Assembly: GCA_951406725.2 (NCBI GenBank)
Contig: OX597821.1
Location: 41,230,001-41,294,000, forward strand
DNA length: 64,000 nucleotides
Source of the DNA: Octopus vulgaris
Taxonomy: Eukaryota
Reading direction: 5' to 3'
Shown: positions 1 to 11,752 of the stretch, piece after piece
How the letters are laid out: the number at the start of each line of letters is the position of its first letter
How positions within the stretch are numbered: the stretch's first letter is position 1
Notes under the pieces: model-generated
What the model saw: only the letters and a program-made list of their open reading frames with translations
The model's database searches: none
Told to the model about the DNA's origin: nothing
Translations under genes and position numbers: made by a program

Positions 1-126
1 CGTTTCCTGCCTGCTGTCTTAAAATTTTTGAGTCGCAGTCATTCATCAGGTGGTTTCAAAATTTTTCTTGGCGAGTTTTAAACAATGAACTATTTAAAGA
101 CAGCAGGCAGGAAACGATCGTAGTGG
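1..126. ncRNA. Type I hammerhead ribozyme motif (minus strand, cut by the window edge) plus an inverted copy of its 3' half on the plus strand
   Basis: Minus strand reads aaaccac-CTGATGA(49-43)-imperfect helix II-GAAACG(6-1). Bases 1-20 are the exact reverse complement of 97-116. That plus-strand copy continues GAAA-CGATCG-TA-gtgg, giving palindromic helix III ACGATCGT, a GUA site, and gtgg complementary to ccac. Confidence 0.6.
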
Positions 127-394
127 ATATTAATTATATTTTTTAATAATTGTTACATATTTAAATAATATAAATTAATCATATGTATTGGCTTAAGTCT
201 TTCATTGTTTGATTTGCCTAATAGTGGTTTTGTCTCTAATTTAATATAATATAATATTTTACTATAAAATTAGATTCAATCCTAAATCTGATTTTTCCCT
301 GTAAGTTTGGATTTATTCCCTAATATTTATTATATAATAGAAATATTAAAATTACTAAGTCTCTCTAAAAGAGAACAACGGCAGCGTTCTCGGA

Positions 395-628
395 AAATAA
401 TAGTTATCGCCATACTAATATGGCATTCTTATAAAAATAAGAATAAAGCTGTCCGCTTATTAGCTCCATGAGGCCATCGCCTTAAGTTAGCTATTTGATA
501 CACAAACTGTATCCATATAACCTTCGAACAAGCTAACTTAAGGCAATGGCCTCATGGAGCTAATAAGCGGACAGCTTTATTCTTATTTTTATAAGAATGC
601 CATATTAGTATGGCGATAACTATTATTT
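395..628. repeat. Fold-back inverted repeat, about 98-bp arms, 38-bp spacer
   Basis: 395-492 is the reverse complement of 531-628 with one mismatch seen; it ends in a (TA)n tract. Confidence 0.95.
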
Positions 629-1212
629 ATTATATATATATATATATATATATTTATATGTATAAAAGGAAAAGTCTCAATTTTTGGCTGCTATTTCTAA
701 AAAGCTCGATGTGTGGTAAAGTAAATTATTTTACTTTACCCTATTTTTATAAATTAATATTTCAAATACACCGTAAATGGTCTTTTTACATACCGAACAC
801 TGCTCGGTCGAATTGATTAATAATTAATTAATTCTACCCTTTTTTATTGACTATATATATATGTATGTATGTCTGTATGTATGTATGTATGTATGTATGT
901 ATGTATGTATAATTTAAAATACACATTAAGTACAGGATATCACCAACGAATGAAAAATACGTAAACATGCAGAGATAAGTACAGGACAAAATACCAAAGG
1001 AAATCTAACTCCTTCTCAGTTGTCGACTGTTTATTACTTATCTGTTTCGAGCTTTCAACAACAAGACAGGAAATTTCCATAAAACAGCAGCATCCAGAAA
1101 TTTTTAAAAGGTAAAATTTATAGTGAGGTTGGGCTTCAAACGAACAAACGACACCAGAGTGGATGTACAGAGTAAACGATCAACGAAGACAGACACAAAG
1201 GGCCGTTAGGCC

Positions 1213-1350
1213 AAGACGAATTGTAATGGGTAACACCTGGGAGAAACTCTGAAAGGATTTAGAATAAATAGAAAACTATTATTTTTCTCTTCTATTTATT
1301 CTATATCCTTTCAAAATTTATCCCAGGCGTTACCCATTAAAATTCGTCTT
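1213..1350. repeat. Imperfect fold-back inverted repeat
   Basis: aagacgaattgtaatgggtaacacctggga...gaataaatagaa pairs with ttctatttattc...tcccaggcgttacccattaaaattcgtctt. Confidence 0.85.
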
Positions 1351-1369
1351 TGTCTTCTATATATAATGG

Positions 1370-3800
1370 ATGGTGCACCCCTCAAATTGGGATTAGTTCA
1401 GATCATTGAAGCAAACCATGTTTATGTAGTTATGTGTGAAATGTTAGAAGCTGGGAGGGGAGGATTTCAACAGGTAACATAAGACCGTATTATTTTTCCA
1501 CCCGTAGTCAATATGGCTTTCAAGAAATGACAAAACTGTGAATGTAGATATTATAACTTCCCTTGATGAAATAGCAATGACGTTTTAAGATTATTGATGG
1601 TGGACCCCTTTTTGAACATGACCCTAGAAATCAAGAAACTTCTTTCAATAATTTGAACATATTACGTGTCTTAACATATGACTTACGCATATTTTATTTC
1701 AATGGAGAGACTGGATGGCAACGAAGACTGACGTTTAATCATGAGTTAATTGATAACATCAGGTGCAATAATATTCCTATATTTCAACATGAAATTGAGT
1801 TGCCGAAAAAACATTAAAAGAAAATATAACGCTCTTGTGTACAGCGGAAAATTATTTTAACACTCCATTACCGACTTCCATTTTTAATTTGAGCGAATCA
1901 GTTGGATTATCTGAAATATTAACAAGGGGATCTCAAAATTGAAAAATATCAAAGATTTACCAAAGATTTCCATTGCCAGTGATGCAGAAACTCTTGTAAG
2001 ACTTAAAGAATTTTAATTTCTTTTTTTTTTTTTGCGATTAATATTTTAAGGATCCCCAAGGAATCTAAGAGAACGATACCATGATCTGAGAGTTATGGTG
2101 GGAATACTTGGAAAGCCAGATTTGTTTGTCACTTTTTGACATACAGATTTTGCCGAGATGAATGAGATGAAATTAGAGTTAATCTCATTCCAAGACAATT
2201 CCCTTCAGACAGATCTAACCTTTCAGGCACTGCGGTAACTGTATTTAAAATAAAATTCCAAGAATTATTAAACGATATCCAGTGTAATAGTATTTGTGGA
2301 GAAATGTTAAGGCATACTGCTATTCTCTCTAATTCCTGAAACGAGGATTACCTCATGTTTATATTCTGGTCATCTTAAACGAAGGAGATAAATTTAATGA
2401 GCTCGACAAAATAGTTGAAGCAGTATGAGGAGAAATACCCGATCCATTGAGTACATTGACACGTCACGAAAGCATTAAGAAATGCATGATTCACACTTCC
2501 TGCGGTTACCTAAATCTTAATACAACACGCATAATAAATGTAATGAACGTTTCTCTAATACATTCAAGTGACATACTCAAGTAAATATTGACAGATATTC
2601 ACTGTACAGAAAACGACTAAATATCACCGTAAACTGATAATAATACATTGGACGCCTGATACAGTCCTATGTTAAACGTTCGTATCCATACAGAAGTATT
2701 ACTATTTTCTGCAGTGAAACCAATCAAATACCTGCTTAAAGAAATACATGAGGGCCACGAGTGTGTAAATATTGAAAGTGATGAAATTACAAACGATTCT
2801 AATTGTTCACAATGGAATCTCGCTATCCTTATACATCAAGTTACATTAGACCTTCTGAAGGAATTTGGCGACTCTCAGGAAAATTACACAGATTGTAATT
2901 TGGAAAGAGAACTGTGTGTGTAATTCACTAAAGGAAATTAAAGACAAGTATGAGATTCCGCTAATTAAAAATGTACACGCCTAACAGAATTGTTTCACAT
3001 GAATCAACATGATATGCGGGAAATAGGTATACCCTGTTCTACCATTTTGCATTATGATGTTTTCAAAAAAGCTATACTTTAGAAAATAAAAATTCGCTCT
3101 CCACTAAAACTACTCCAAGAATATATACACAATCAGTCCTAAAGAATCTGAATGCTTCCCTCTAAGAATGTCATTGGTGAATGTGGAAGGAGCAACGGGA
3201 TTCGAGCATCTGCGTTATCTGCACAACTTTAAACTGCCGCAGGTCTAAAAAAAAGCCACGGGACAATGAAATTTGATAAGCCGTGGTGATGTATGCGCTT
3301 AATGTATGGTCGAAACTTTCTCAAACGGAATTCATTCTCAAATACGACATTTAATTATCTTGACATGCTCTACAAATATTCCACACGACTCAATGCAACT
3401 TTGTCAGTAGCTTGAAGAAATGAATAGCCAACCATTAAATACCACATCAACATAGAATGATACTCTTCAGTAAAATCATTTGACTACATTATTTGGAAAT
3501 TGTAATAAATAAATGCTTGAAAGACATTAAGATATTCTATGAATTCTTAGTACAAAATATTTCGTATTGAGATTGCCTAACCTTGGAATTGTCTTCGATG
3601 ATTTCTCTCTGCAATGAGAATTGTCCGAAGCAGATGAGATTGGACTGTCAGGATTTTGGATTTTATATTGATTTGTACTTGAGTGTTGTTCTTGCGGTCA
3701 ACAATGACATGGCTGGTCATAGATAATGCTTCATTGATGGACCAGGAGGATGTTCCAAGACGTCTTTGTACAATACTGTAATTGGCAACTTGTGGCACTT
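1370..3800 (+). mobile_element. Decayed Helitron RepHel (HUH Rep domain to start of Pif1-like helicase)
   Basis: Colinear motifs with stops and frameshifts: GSPRNLRERYHD...GKPDLFVTF (2050-2136), FLKRGLPHVYIL (about 2334-2370), MIHTSCG, YSLYRKR, VKPIKYLLKEIHEGH (ORF 2669), ECFPLRMSLVNVEGATGFEHLR, and Walker A FIDGPGGCSKTSLYNT (about 3729-3780). Confidence 0.9.
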
Positions 3801-3994
3801 ATATTCTCTCATTTGAAACAGGCAGACATGAATTTACACACACTCACACTGACACAAAATACATAAATAGATAGTTAAGTGATAAATAGAGGGATAGTTA
3901 AACAACTATATATATATATAGAGAGAGAGGGGAAGAAAGTTGAAATGTTCAAAAAAGTGATCAAAAAACTAAAAACAAGTCATTGATATTTCTG

Positions 3995-4068
3995 ATACTT
4001 CATTACATACGTTTCAATATTCAATAATCAATCAAATTGATTACAGCTCATTTCATCAGATCGAATAT
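3995..4068 (-). ncRNA. Degenerate type I hammerhead motif
   Basis: CTGATGA (4059-4053), helix II aat/att plus taatcaa/ttgatta, then GAAA-CG-TA (ACGT palindrome, GUA site). Helix I is poor. Confidence 0.4.
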
Positions 4069-5009
4069 ATCGAAATATAAAAAAAAAAAAAACCATTGTA
4101 ATATCCTCCTTATAGAAAGCAAAATAATCATGCATCAACGGAAAACAAAAAATAACATAGGCAATAGATAACAGATCAAATCAATCACAACAAAGTTTGG
4201 AATAGGCAGTGCCGTGTCAAAACAACACATAAAAACAAATGACATAAAACAGACAATAAAGAATTGAGCTACTTACCAATTGTAGACATCGATTAAAGCG
4301 GTTATTTTGTTACAATTTTACGCAGAGTTGATATCTATCTTTTTTCACCAACTATAGATTAAGTGTATGTTCTTATAGGTGTTCTATCTACCTATATTTT
4401 ATATTCACAAATACTTATGAGCTTCCAATATTTAATTTGGTGTATGGCTTTGTTGTGCTGTCTATATATTCCTTGTGCAATATTTAGCATTTCAGTTACG
4501 CCTACTAACCAAATTGACCGCGGTATCGTCAAATATTCCTTCCTATCTATTTATCATCTTTATTTCTTTTATAATTTTAACATTTACTTTATGTGACAGT
4601 AGAATTTGTTGTCTTGGTTGTGTATTACATCCTTTATCTATTTTAAGCTCATGTTTTAGAAAATGTCTTCATGATTTTTAAATATTTTGAAATATTTTTA
4701 GAATTAACCTTCATTTTACATTTAATTTTAATTTTGATTTTTATTGTATCTCTTGAAATGTATTGTATTCTGATTATAGTCACAGCTTTATATCTCATTT
4801 TGTCATTTGTTTTCTATTTTCCTTTACATTGGAATGTGTACTAATCACCATGTATTGATTTTTATCATTTACAATATTGAGATCATCATTTTTTAATATG
4901 ATTTTCATTATATGTTATTGTGTGTGTGTAATTATTGAACAATGAGAGTGAGTGCTCAACACCGCATTAGTGGATAAAGATTCTTTATTTGTATATTTAG
5001 GCTACCATT

Positions 5010-5164
5010 GGTTTCATGTAAAGGAAACCCTCAAAAAACAACAAGCCTATCACATGAGATATCGGTGTTAGTCTGTTAGTTTGTTTTAATTCAAAATGGA
5101 GACGAACGCCGATGTTCCGTTTGATAGGCTTGATAAGTTTTGAGGGCTTCCTTTGCATGAAACT
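5010..5164. repeat. About 150-bp imperfect hairpin
   Basis: Paired segments: gtttcatgtaaaggaaaccctcaaaa/ttttgagggcttcctttgcatgaaac, caagcctatca/tgataggcttg, atatcggtgtt/aacgccgatgt. Confidence 0.85.
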
Positions 5165-5726
5165 AATCTATCACTTCTTACATATCCATACATATGACAA
5201 AAAGTACATTCATACTTTTGATTCAAACTTGTTCTCCAAAGCCGTTTATATTCCAGGAAACAAAAAAAAAGTTACTATCCCCAGGTATAAGAATTATATT
5301 AATATAATCACGCCATTATGTCCGTGAATTTAATTTAATTGAAAAGTGACTTTTTTCAAAATCGTTGGAAGAAAATGGTCATTAAGAACTATATGTGAAA
5401 TTTATGATTTTCTGCTTTCATTCTAAATACGTTGCTTCTAACGATTATTTTAGCTGATCTTGTATATACATGCAAGTTTGTTCCACTTCGATTTACTGCA
5501 ATGTTATAACGGTCTGAAGTTTAACAACTGGTTATTAATTGAGTTTTTAATGACCATCAATTCTCTCTCTCTTTCTCCCCCTCTCTCTTTCTCCCCCCCT
5601 CTCTCTCTCCTCTCTCTGTATGTGTGTGTGCGTTTGTAACTCTATATTTGAAAATATAAATATAAATTGCTTTTCTGATAACTTTTTTATTTTAATAATT
5701 AGATATTTATAAGTTATTATGTGTAA

Positions 5727-5769
<43 letters not shown>

Positions 5770-5773
5770 ATTA

Positions 5774-5895
5774 TGAAAGATTATGTTTCGAATCTGAACC
5801 AGGGTGAGAGCACCCCTACAGATTTAGATTTACTCCTCTTGTATGCGTGTATTTTGTAAGGGAAACGTAATAATTGGAGTAGAAAAAGATCAATG

Positions 5896-5898
<3 letters not shown>
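5774..5898. repeat. Near-identical local copy of about 7762-7887, embedded between (TA)n tracts
   Basis: tgaaagattatgtttc...gatcaatgtcata occurs at both sites with one substitution seen. Confidence 0.9.
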
Positions 5899-5959
<61 letters not shown>

Positions 5960-5961
<2 letters not shown>

Positions 5962-6390
5962 CGGGAAGCTTTATGAAAATAAACAAAAGACGAAGGCAGG
6001 TGGAATACAAACAAACAATTGTATTAGTATGGCGCTCAGGAATATAAATAAAACAAGTCTTTTACATTTCGAGCCTACGCTCTTCAACAGAAGATACACA
6101 GAAAAGAGACACGGAGAGAAACAAGGAGAGAAAAAAAATGCGTGCAGAGGCTAGCGAATCAACATGGCGATCTGATTTGCCTGTATGCATATATATATAT
6201 ATAATTCTACATAGATTTTCTCTCGGTTTTTTTCTTTCTCACTCCATTTTTTTCCTCACAGTCCTTTCTATCGAAGAGCATAGGCTCGAAACATCAAAGA
6301 CGATTCCATCCTTCCCGAGCATTAAACTAATACATCTGCTTGTTGCTCCCTCACCTATCTTTTTCTTTTATTTTCTGTAAATTTGAACTA
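5960..6390. mobile_element. Two inverted copies of a (TA)n-associated short element family carrying a hammerhead-like core
   Basis: Minus copy: CTGTTGA(6090-6084)-agagcgtaggctc-GAAA-tg-TA-aaagac. Plus copy: CTATCGA(6268-6274)-agagcataggctc-GAAA-ca-TC-aaagac. Both share the ctaataca flank and a caccT run downstream of the core. Confidence 0.7.
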
Positions 6391-7261
6391 CATACATACA
6401 TATGCGTGTGTGTGTGTGTGTTTTGTGTGTGTGTGTGTGTGTGTGTGTGAATGTCTGTGAGTAAGTAAAGAAAATGGTGAGCATGATATGAAAGGCGCAA
6501 TGAGTTGGAGTGAAAGGTTAAGGAAGAAAAAAGTGAAAGAAACAAAAAAAAGAGTGGAAGAAGGGCGTTAAATCACAAAGACTGAAAAAAAATAGAATAA
6601 AAATAAAATGAAGGCTATAAAATAGAAAAAAAAAGAAAAAATTGAGAGATCGAGAAACAAGAAAAAAAGAAAAGAAAGCAGTAGAGGCAAGAAAACTAAA
6701 AGAGAGAGAACGTTGAAAGAGAGAATAAGAAGGTAGCAATGGCGAACGTTCTTTAGGGAGTTACAATGTTTTGTATTATAAAAATTGGTGACAAGTCTGC
6801 TGATTCTACTGATATTTGTAGGGTGTTTACAGTCTCACAAGGAGTGAGACTAAAATCACTTCATCTAACACACTGCCCTATTACCTCAGCTTCGTCTTTG
6901 TCTTCCCAACTTACTGTGTACATCTACCATATCAACGCCTGCAGCGTACGGTTATTTCAATCAAATCAGCTTGTCATTTGCCATAATTTAGTGTAATAAT
7001 ATCGCTTATCAAATCCATCTCCTTTGTTGCGGCACCAAAGACAACAACCAATACAAAATAATACGAATATACAACAACAGTAACATATATTTACATACAC
7101 ACGCACACACACACAAACACACAACATACACATACACACACACAAACACACAACATACACATACACACACACAAACACACAACATACACATACACACAAA
7201 TACACACACATACACACACAGAGTAGTCAAAATTACAGGAAATATAAAACATTTCTACTAC

Positions 7262-7465
7262 TCTTTACTCTTTACTTGTTTCAGTCATTTGACTGCGGCC
7301 ATGCTGGAGCACCGCTTTTAGTCGAGCAAATCGACGCCAGGACTTATTCTTTGTAAGCTTAGTACTTATTTTATCGGTCTCTTTTGCCGAACCGCTAAGT
7401 TACGGGAACGCAAACACACCAACATCGGCTGGGGGGACAAACACAGACACACAAACATACACACA

Positions 7466-7470
<5 letters not shown>
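7262..7470 (-). mobile_element. Octopus-type CORE SINE, 3' half
   Basis: cttttacttgtttcagtcatttgactgcggccatgctggagcaccg tail shared with copies at 8995, 33387, 57178 and 58545. Confidence 0.85.
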
Positions 7471-7504
<34 letters not shown>

Positions 7505-7509
<5 letters not shown>

Positions 7510-8300
7510 GTGACACTCCAACATAAAGTTGGCCATGTATAAAACGTGGTTCTGAAAAACATGTAATAATTGAAGAAGGAGGTTTGAAAGATTCAGTTTC
7601 AGTGTGAACGAGGGTAGAAAAATAATTATATCATATAGAAGAATAGTTTTGTGGAATGTAGGGAACTGTGTGTTGACACGGAAAAGGCCACATGTTTTTT
7701 AGAATACCCATTTGTCATGGTTTCTTTTGGCATTTGAATTGGCTGTATGGACAAGGAGAACTGAAAGATTATGTTTCCAATCTGAACCAGGGTGAGAGCA
7801 CCCCTACAGATTTAGATTTACTCCTCTTGTATGCGTGTATTTTGTAAGGGAAACGTAATAATTGGAGTAGAAAAAGATCAATGTCATAGACATTAAGTTA
7901 TTGAAGTATTCATGTTAAATTAAGGGTGAATATTTCTTTATAAACAATGTTTTTTGTTTAATTTCGGGGTGCATAAACAAAAAGATTTGATTTTGATGCT
8001 CCTATATAAAGTTGGCCATATGAAAAACATGGTTCTTCAAGTTGCCATCCAGCAACTTTTAGTGTTTGGCCCTGAGTCTTATAAATGTCCATGGCAAAAG
8101 AAAGTGGGATAGGAAACTGTAACAGCTTAAATTGGAATGGGACATTAGATGGTATAACTGGTGTGCGAGGAATGAAGACGGTCTCACCTTGAGAATATTT
8201 GCCTCAGTGCAGTTCCTCATAAGACTGTGCACAATTATTGCTGTACCATTGGCATAATTTTTGTTGAGATAAATTAGGCAACAGCATAGTAGCTTCCCGT
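7505..8300 (-). mobile_element. Two tandem Helitron helicase C-terminal fragments
   Basis: 8300-7935 reads GETVFIPRTPVIPSNVPFQFKLLQFPIPLSFAMDIYKTQGQTLKVAG...EPCFSYGQLYIGASK...TKNIVYKEIF. A second, more diverged copy ends in EPRFIHGQLYVGVSRV (7553-7506). Confidence 0.85.
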
Positions 8301-8464
8301 GAACCAGATACTTTCATTTTGCCGGAGAAAGAAAGAGACAGAATTTCGATTTCATATCTACAGAAAATGCATAATAGCTTCCCCTGGATCCTTTACTTTC
8401 ATTTTGCTGGACAAACAAACAAGCAGACAGAATTTCTCTTTTACACACACATGTATATATATAT

Positions 8465-8625
8465 AGGGGAGAATTTGCAAAAACAAAACAAAAGATGAAG
8501 AGGCAACAAACAGATGTATTAGTTTAACGCTCGGGATGTGAAAAAGTCTTTAGCGTTTCGAGCACAAAGAGAGAAAATAAAGAATGTGTAGTGGCTAGCG
8601 ATCTATCATGGCGAATTCCGGACAG
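8465..8625 (-). mobile_element. Internally deleted copy of the (TA)n-associated hammerhead-like family
   Basis: aaacagatgtattagtttaacgctcggga...gtctttagcgtttcgagc, flanked by TA runs. Confidence 0.6.
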
Positions 8626-8779
8626 ATATATATATATATAAAGTTTCTAGTTCGAATCACACGTGTCTCGAGATGTGCCGAAGATTTCTATTTTGGATAT
8701 ATTTGGGGTACTTAGGTATGCTCAGGACTTAGTGCTTGTTTTTTCCATGGGTATGAGTAAGTATTTCATATATGTCTTA

Positions 8780-8850
8780 CGTATTTATCGCTGAAGAGGG
8801 GAAAATTCTTCTGAATTAACCCCGAAATTGGGACCAATACGGTAATAACG
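8780..8850 (+). ncRNA. Type I hammerhead ribozyme, apparently intact
   Basis: CUGAAGA 8791-8797. Helix II GGGG/CCCC plus AAUUC/GAAUU. GAAA 8824-8827. Helix III AUUG/CAAU with GGAC loop. AUA site 8837-8839. Helix I uuaucg/cgguaa, extended by cgu/acg. Confidence 0.8.
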
Positions 8851-8994
8851 AATTTTTTAGAAATTTCTATCGGCTTGTTTCGAGACGCATAAATTATAAT
8901 GGTTATTGACAATTTTGTCTTTTTTCGGCATATTTGGCATTAGAATTTTTCTTTTGCCCTTATTTTATAAGTTTTATATATATATATATATATT

Positions 8995-9382
8995 CTTTTA
9001 TTATTTTACTTGTCTCAGTCATTTGACTGTGGCCATGCTGGAGCACCGCCTTGAAGAATTTTAGTTGATCAAACCCTGGACTAATTTTTAAAGCCTAGTT
9101 CTTATTCTCTCGGTCAGTTTTGCAAAACAACTGGTTATGGGGACGTAAACACACCAATAACGGTTGTCAAGTGGGGATGAGGGGACAAATAGAGACATAC
9201 ATAGATATACATGTATACATATGACAGGCTTCCTTCAGTTTCCATCAACCAAATCCACTCACAAGGCTTTGGTCGGCCTGAGGCTTTAGTAGATGGCGCA
9301 TGCTCAAGGTGCCACGTTGTGGGACTGAACCGGAAACCATGTGGTTGGGAAGCAAGCTTCTTACCACACAGCCACGCCTATG
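8995..9382 (-). mobile_element. CORE-type tRNA-derived SINE, near full length
   Basis: tRNA-like head (gtggctgtgtggtaag...ggttcagtccc), CORE-like gcaccttgagca segment, and the shared family tail. Confidence 0.85.
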
Positions 9383-9768
9383 CCTAATATGTGTGTGCGT
9401 GTGCACGTACTCAGATACATACATACGCACATACGTGTGTGTATGTGTGTGTGTGTGTACGTGTGTTGACAATAAATGAGATTCACTCTCATACAGGCGA
9501 TTGCAGTAATTTTCAATATTCTGGAGAAATATGTCCGACCACGAGAAAGTATGATGTTACTCAGAAATAGGTGAGGGTTGATGACAGAAAGAGTATCCGG
9601 CCGTAGAAAATCATCCCCCATAAAATCCGTCCGTCCTATGCAAGCATGTAATAGAGAGCGTTAAAACAATGACAGTGATATCGACGATGACGATGACGCC
9701 AACAACACGACAAACAATGATGATGATGAAAATATTTTCCTCTCTACCACTCCTCAAATTCTCATATA

Positions 9769-9998
9769 TATTTCTTTATTGGCCACAAGGGGCTAAACAT
9801 AGAGGGGACAAACAAGGACAGACAAACGAATTAAGTCGATTAGATCGACCCCAGTGCGAAACTGGTACTTTATTTATCGACCCCGAAAGGATGAAAGGCA
9901 AAGTCGACCTCGGCGGAATTTGAACTCAGAACGTAGCGGCAGACGAGATACGGCTACGATTTTGCCCGGCGTGCTAACGTTTCTGCCAGCTCCCCGCC
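9769..9998 (-). mobile_element. Deu/Nin-domain-type SINE with a 33-bp target-site duplication
   Basis: gcctttcatcctttcggggtcgataaa domain. Flanks 9732-9764 and 10001-10033 are direct repeats with one mismatch. Confidence 0.85.
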
Positions 9999-10650
9999 TT
10001 ATATTTTCCTCTCTACCACTCCTCACATTCTCAGCACTCTTATAGCTATTACAACTGTACCTTTATACATAGTTGCCAGTTTATTATGACACTATCAGCT
10101 GCAGGTCTCTCTAACACTGAATCATAGTTATAAACATCACAAAAGTACACACATTATTACTAATTACTTTAACACTGTTTTATTGTTTTACTGCACAAAT
10201 GATATGTTAACAATTATTTCAGCATAATATTTTGTCATGTCCGATTTCATTTACACAAATCATACAATTCTCAGCAACTGTAAGAAAAAGCTTTTGCTGT
10301 CGAGTTAATTTCGATTTATCTTTTGTGGCAAGCAGAGGTACATAATACCCAGACCCATCCTAATTATTTTAATATGAAGAATGGACAGTAAAATTATAAT
10401 AATAATAATGAACACGATGGCAGCATTTCTAAAACTCTGTCAGCAGTGCTTACAGCAAGGGAAATTTTTGCGTTTTTGTTGAATTTTTACTGTTACCGTC
10501 CAATAAGCATCTTATTAATCTGGTTTAAATGAATCTGTTCACTACAGGCGCAATGGTTGCTCCGGTATCATAGTCTAGTCAAATGTAGGTTCAGTAGAGA
10601 CGGGGAAAATTGAGTAAGCAAAGTTGTTGTCCTTTTATAAAGGTTTTTCA

Positions 10651-11262
10651 AGGCGGTGAACTCGCAGAATCGCTAGCACGTCGGGCGAAATGCGTAGCCG
10701 TTACGTTCTGAGTTCAAATACCGCCGAGGTCGACTTTGCCTTTCATCCTTTCGGGGTCGATTAAATAAGTACCAGTTACGCACTGGAGTCGATATAATCG
10801 ACTTAATCCGTTTGTCTGTCCTTGTTTGTCCTCTATGTGTTTAGCCCCTTGTGGGTAGTAAAGAAATAGGTATTTCGTCTGTCTTTACGTCCTGAGTTCA
10901 AATTCCGCCGAGGTCGACTTTGCCTTTCATCCTTTCGAGCTCGATTAAATAAGTACCAGTTACGCACTGGGGTCGATGTAATCGACTTAATACCTATGTC
11001 TGTCCTTGTTTGTTCTCTCTGTGTTTAGCCCCTTGTGGGTAGTAAATCCTTAGCACGCCGGGCGAAATGCGTGGCGGTATTTCGTCTGCTGTTACGTTCT
11101 GAGTTCAAATTCCTCCGATGTCGACTTTGCTTTTTATACTTTCGGGGTCGATTAAATAAGTACCAGTTATGCACTGGGGTCGATATAATTGACTTAATCT
11201 GTTTGTCTGTCCTTGTTTGTCCTCTCTGTGTTTAGCCCCTTGTGGGTAGTAAAGAAATAGGT
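10651..11262 (+). mobile_element. Tandem trimer of the Deu/Nin-type SINE
   Basis: Three successive ctgagttcaaa...gtcgactttgc...agccccttgtgggtagtaaa units. Confidence 0.9.
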
Positions 11263-11515
11263 ATCATATTCTAGTCAATGCACGTTATATCTACTTTGTT
11301 ATCTGATCTATTCATAAATAACGAAATGTAGGTTCAGTAGATACGGGGAAAATTGAGTTAGCAAAATTGTTGTCCTTCTTCTATAAAGGTTTTCTTTTTT
11401 GCTCTCTTGTTGTACCCTTAGAACAGCTATTACCTTTCACATAACCAATTTTATAACTGCACTTTCGGCCAGCATAAAAGGTCTCTCACAATTTTCTCTA
11501 CCTTTTCATCATAGT

Positions 11516-11701
11516 TGCAGGGGTGGCTGTGTGATAAGAAGTTTGCTTTCCATACACTTGGATCCTGTTTCAATCCCATTGCGTGGCACCTTGGGTAAAT
11601 GTCTTCTATTATAGCCTCGGGTTGACCAAATCCTTGTGAGTGGATTTGGTAGGCGGAAACTGAAAGAAGCCCGTCGTGCGTGTGTGTGTGAGAGAGAGAG
11701 A

Positions 11702-11752
<51 letters not shown>

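Noticed and set aside
361-396. gagaac/gttctc stem followed by GAAA, hammerhead-like
   Set aside because: No CUGANGA box upstream.
4260-4700. Possible Penelope GIY-YIG remnant
   Set aside because: Only an IGR-like triplet is visible; insufficient evidence.
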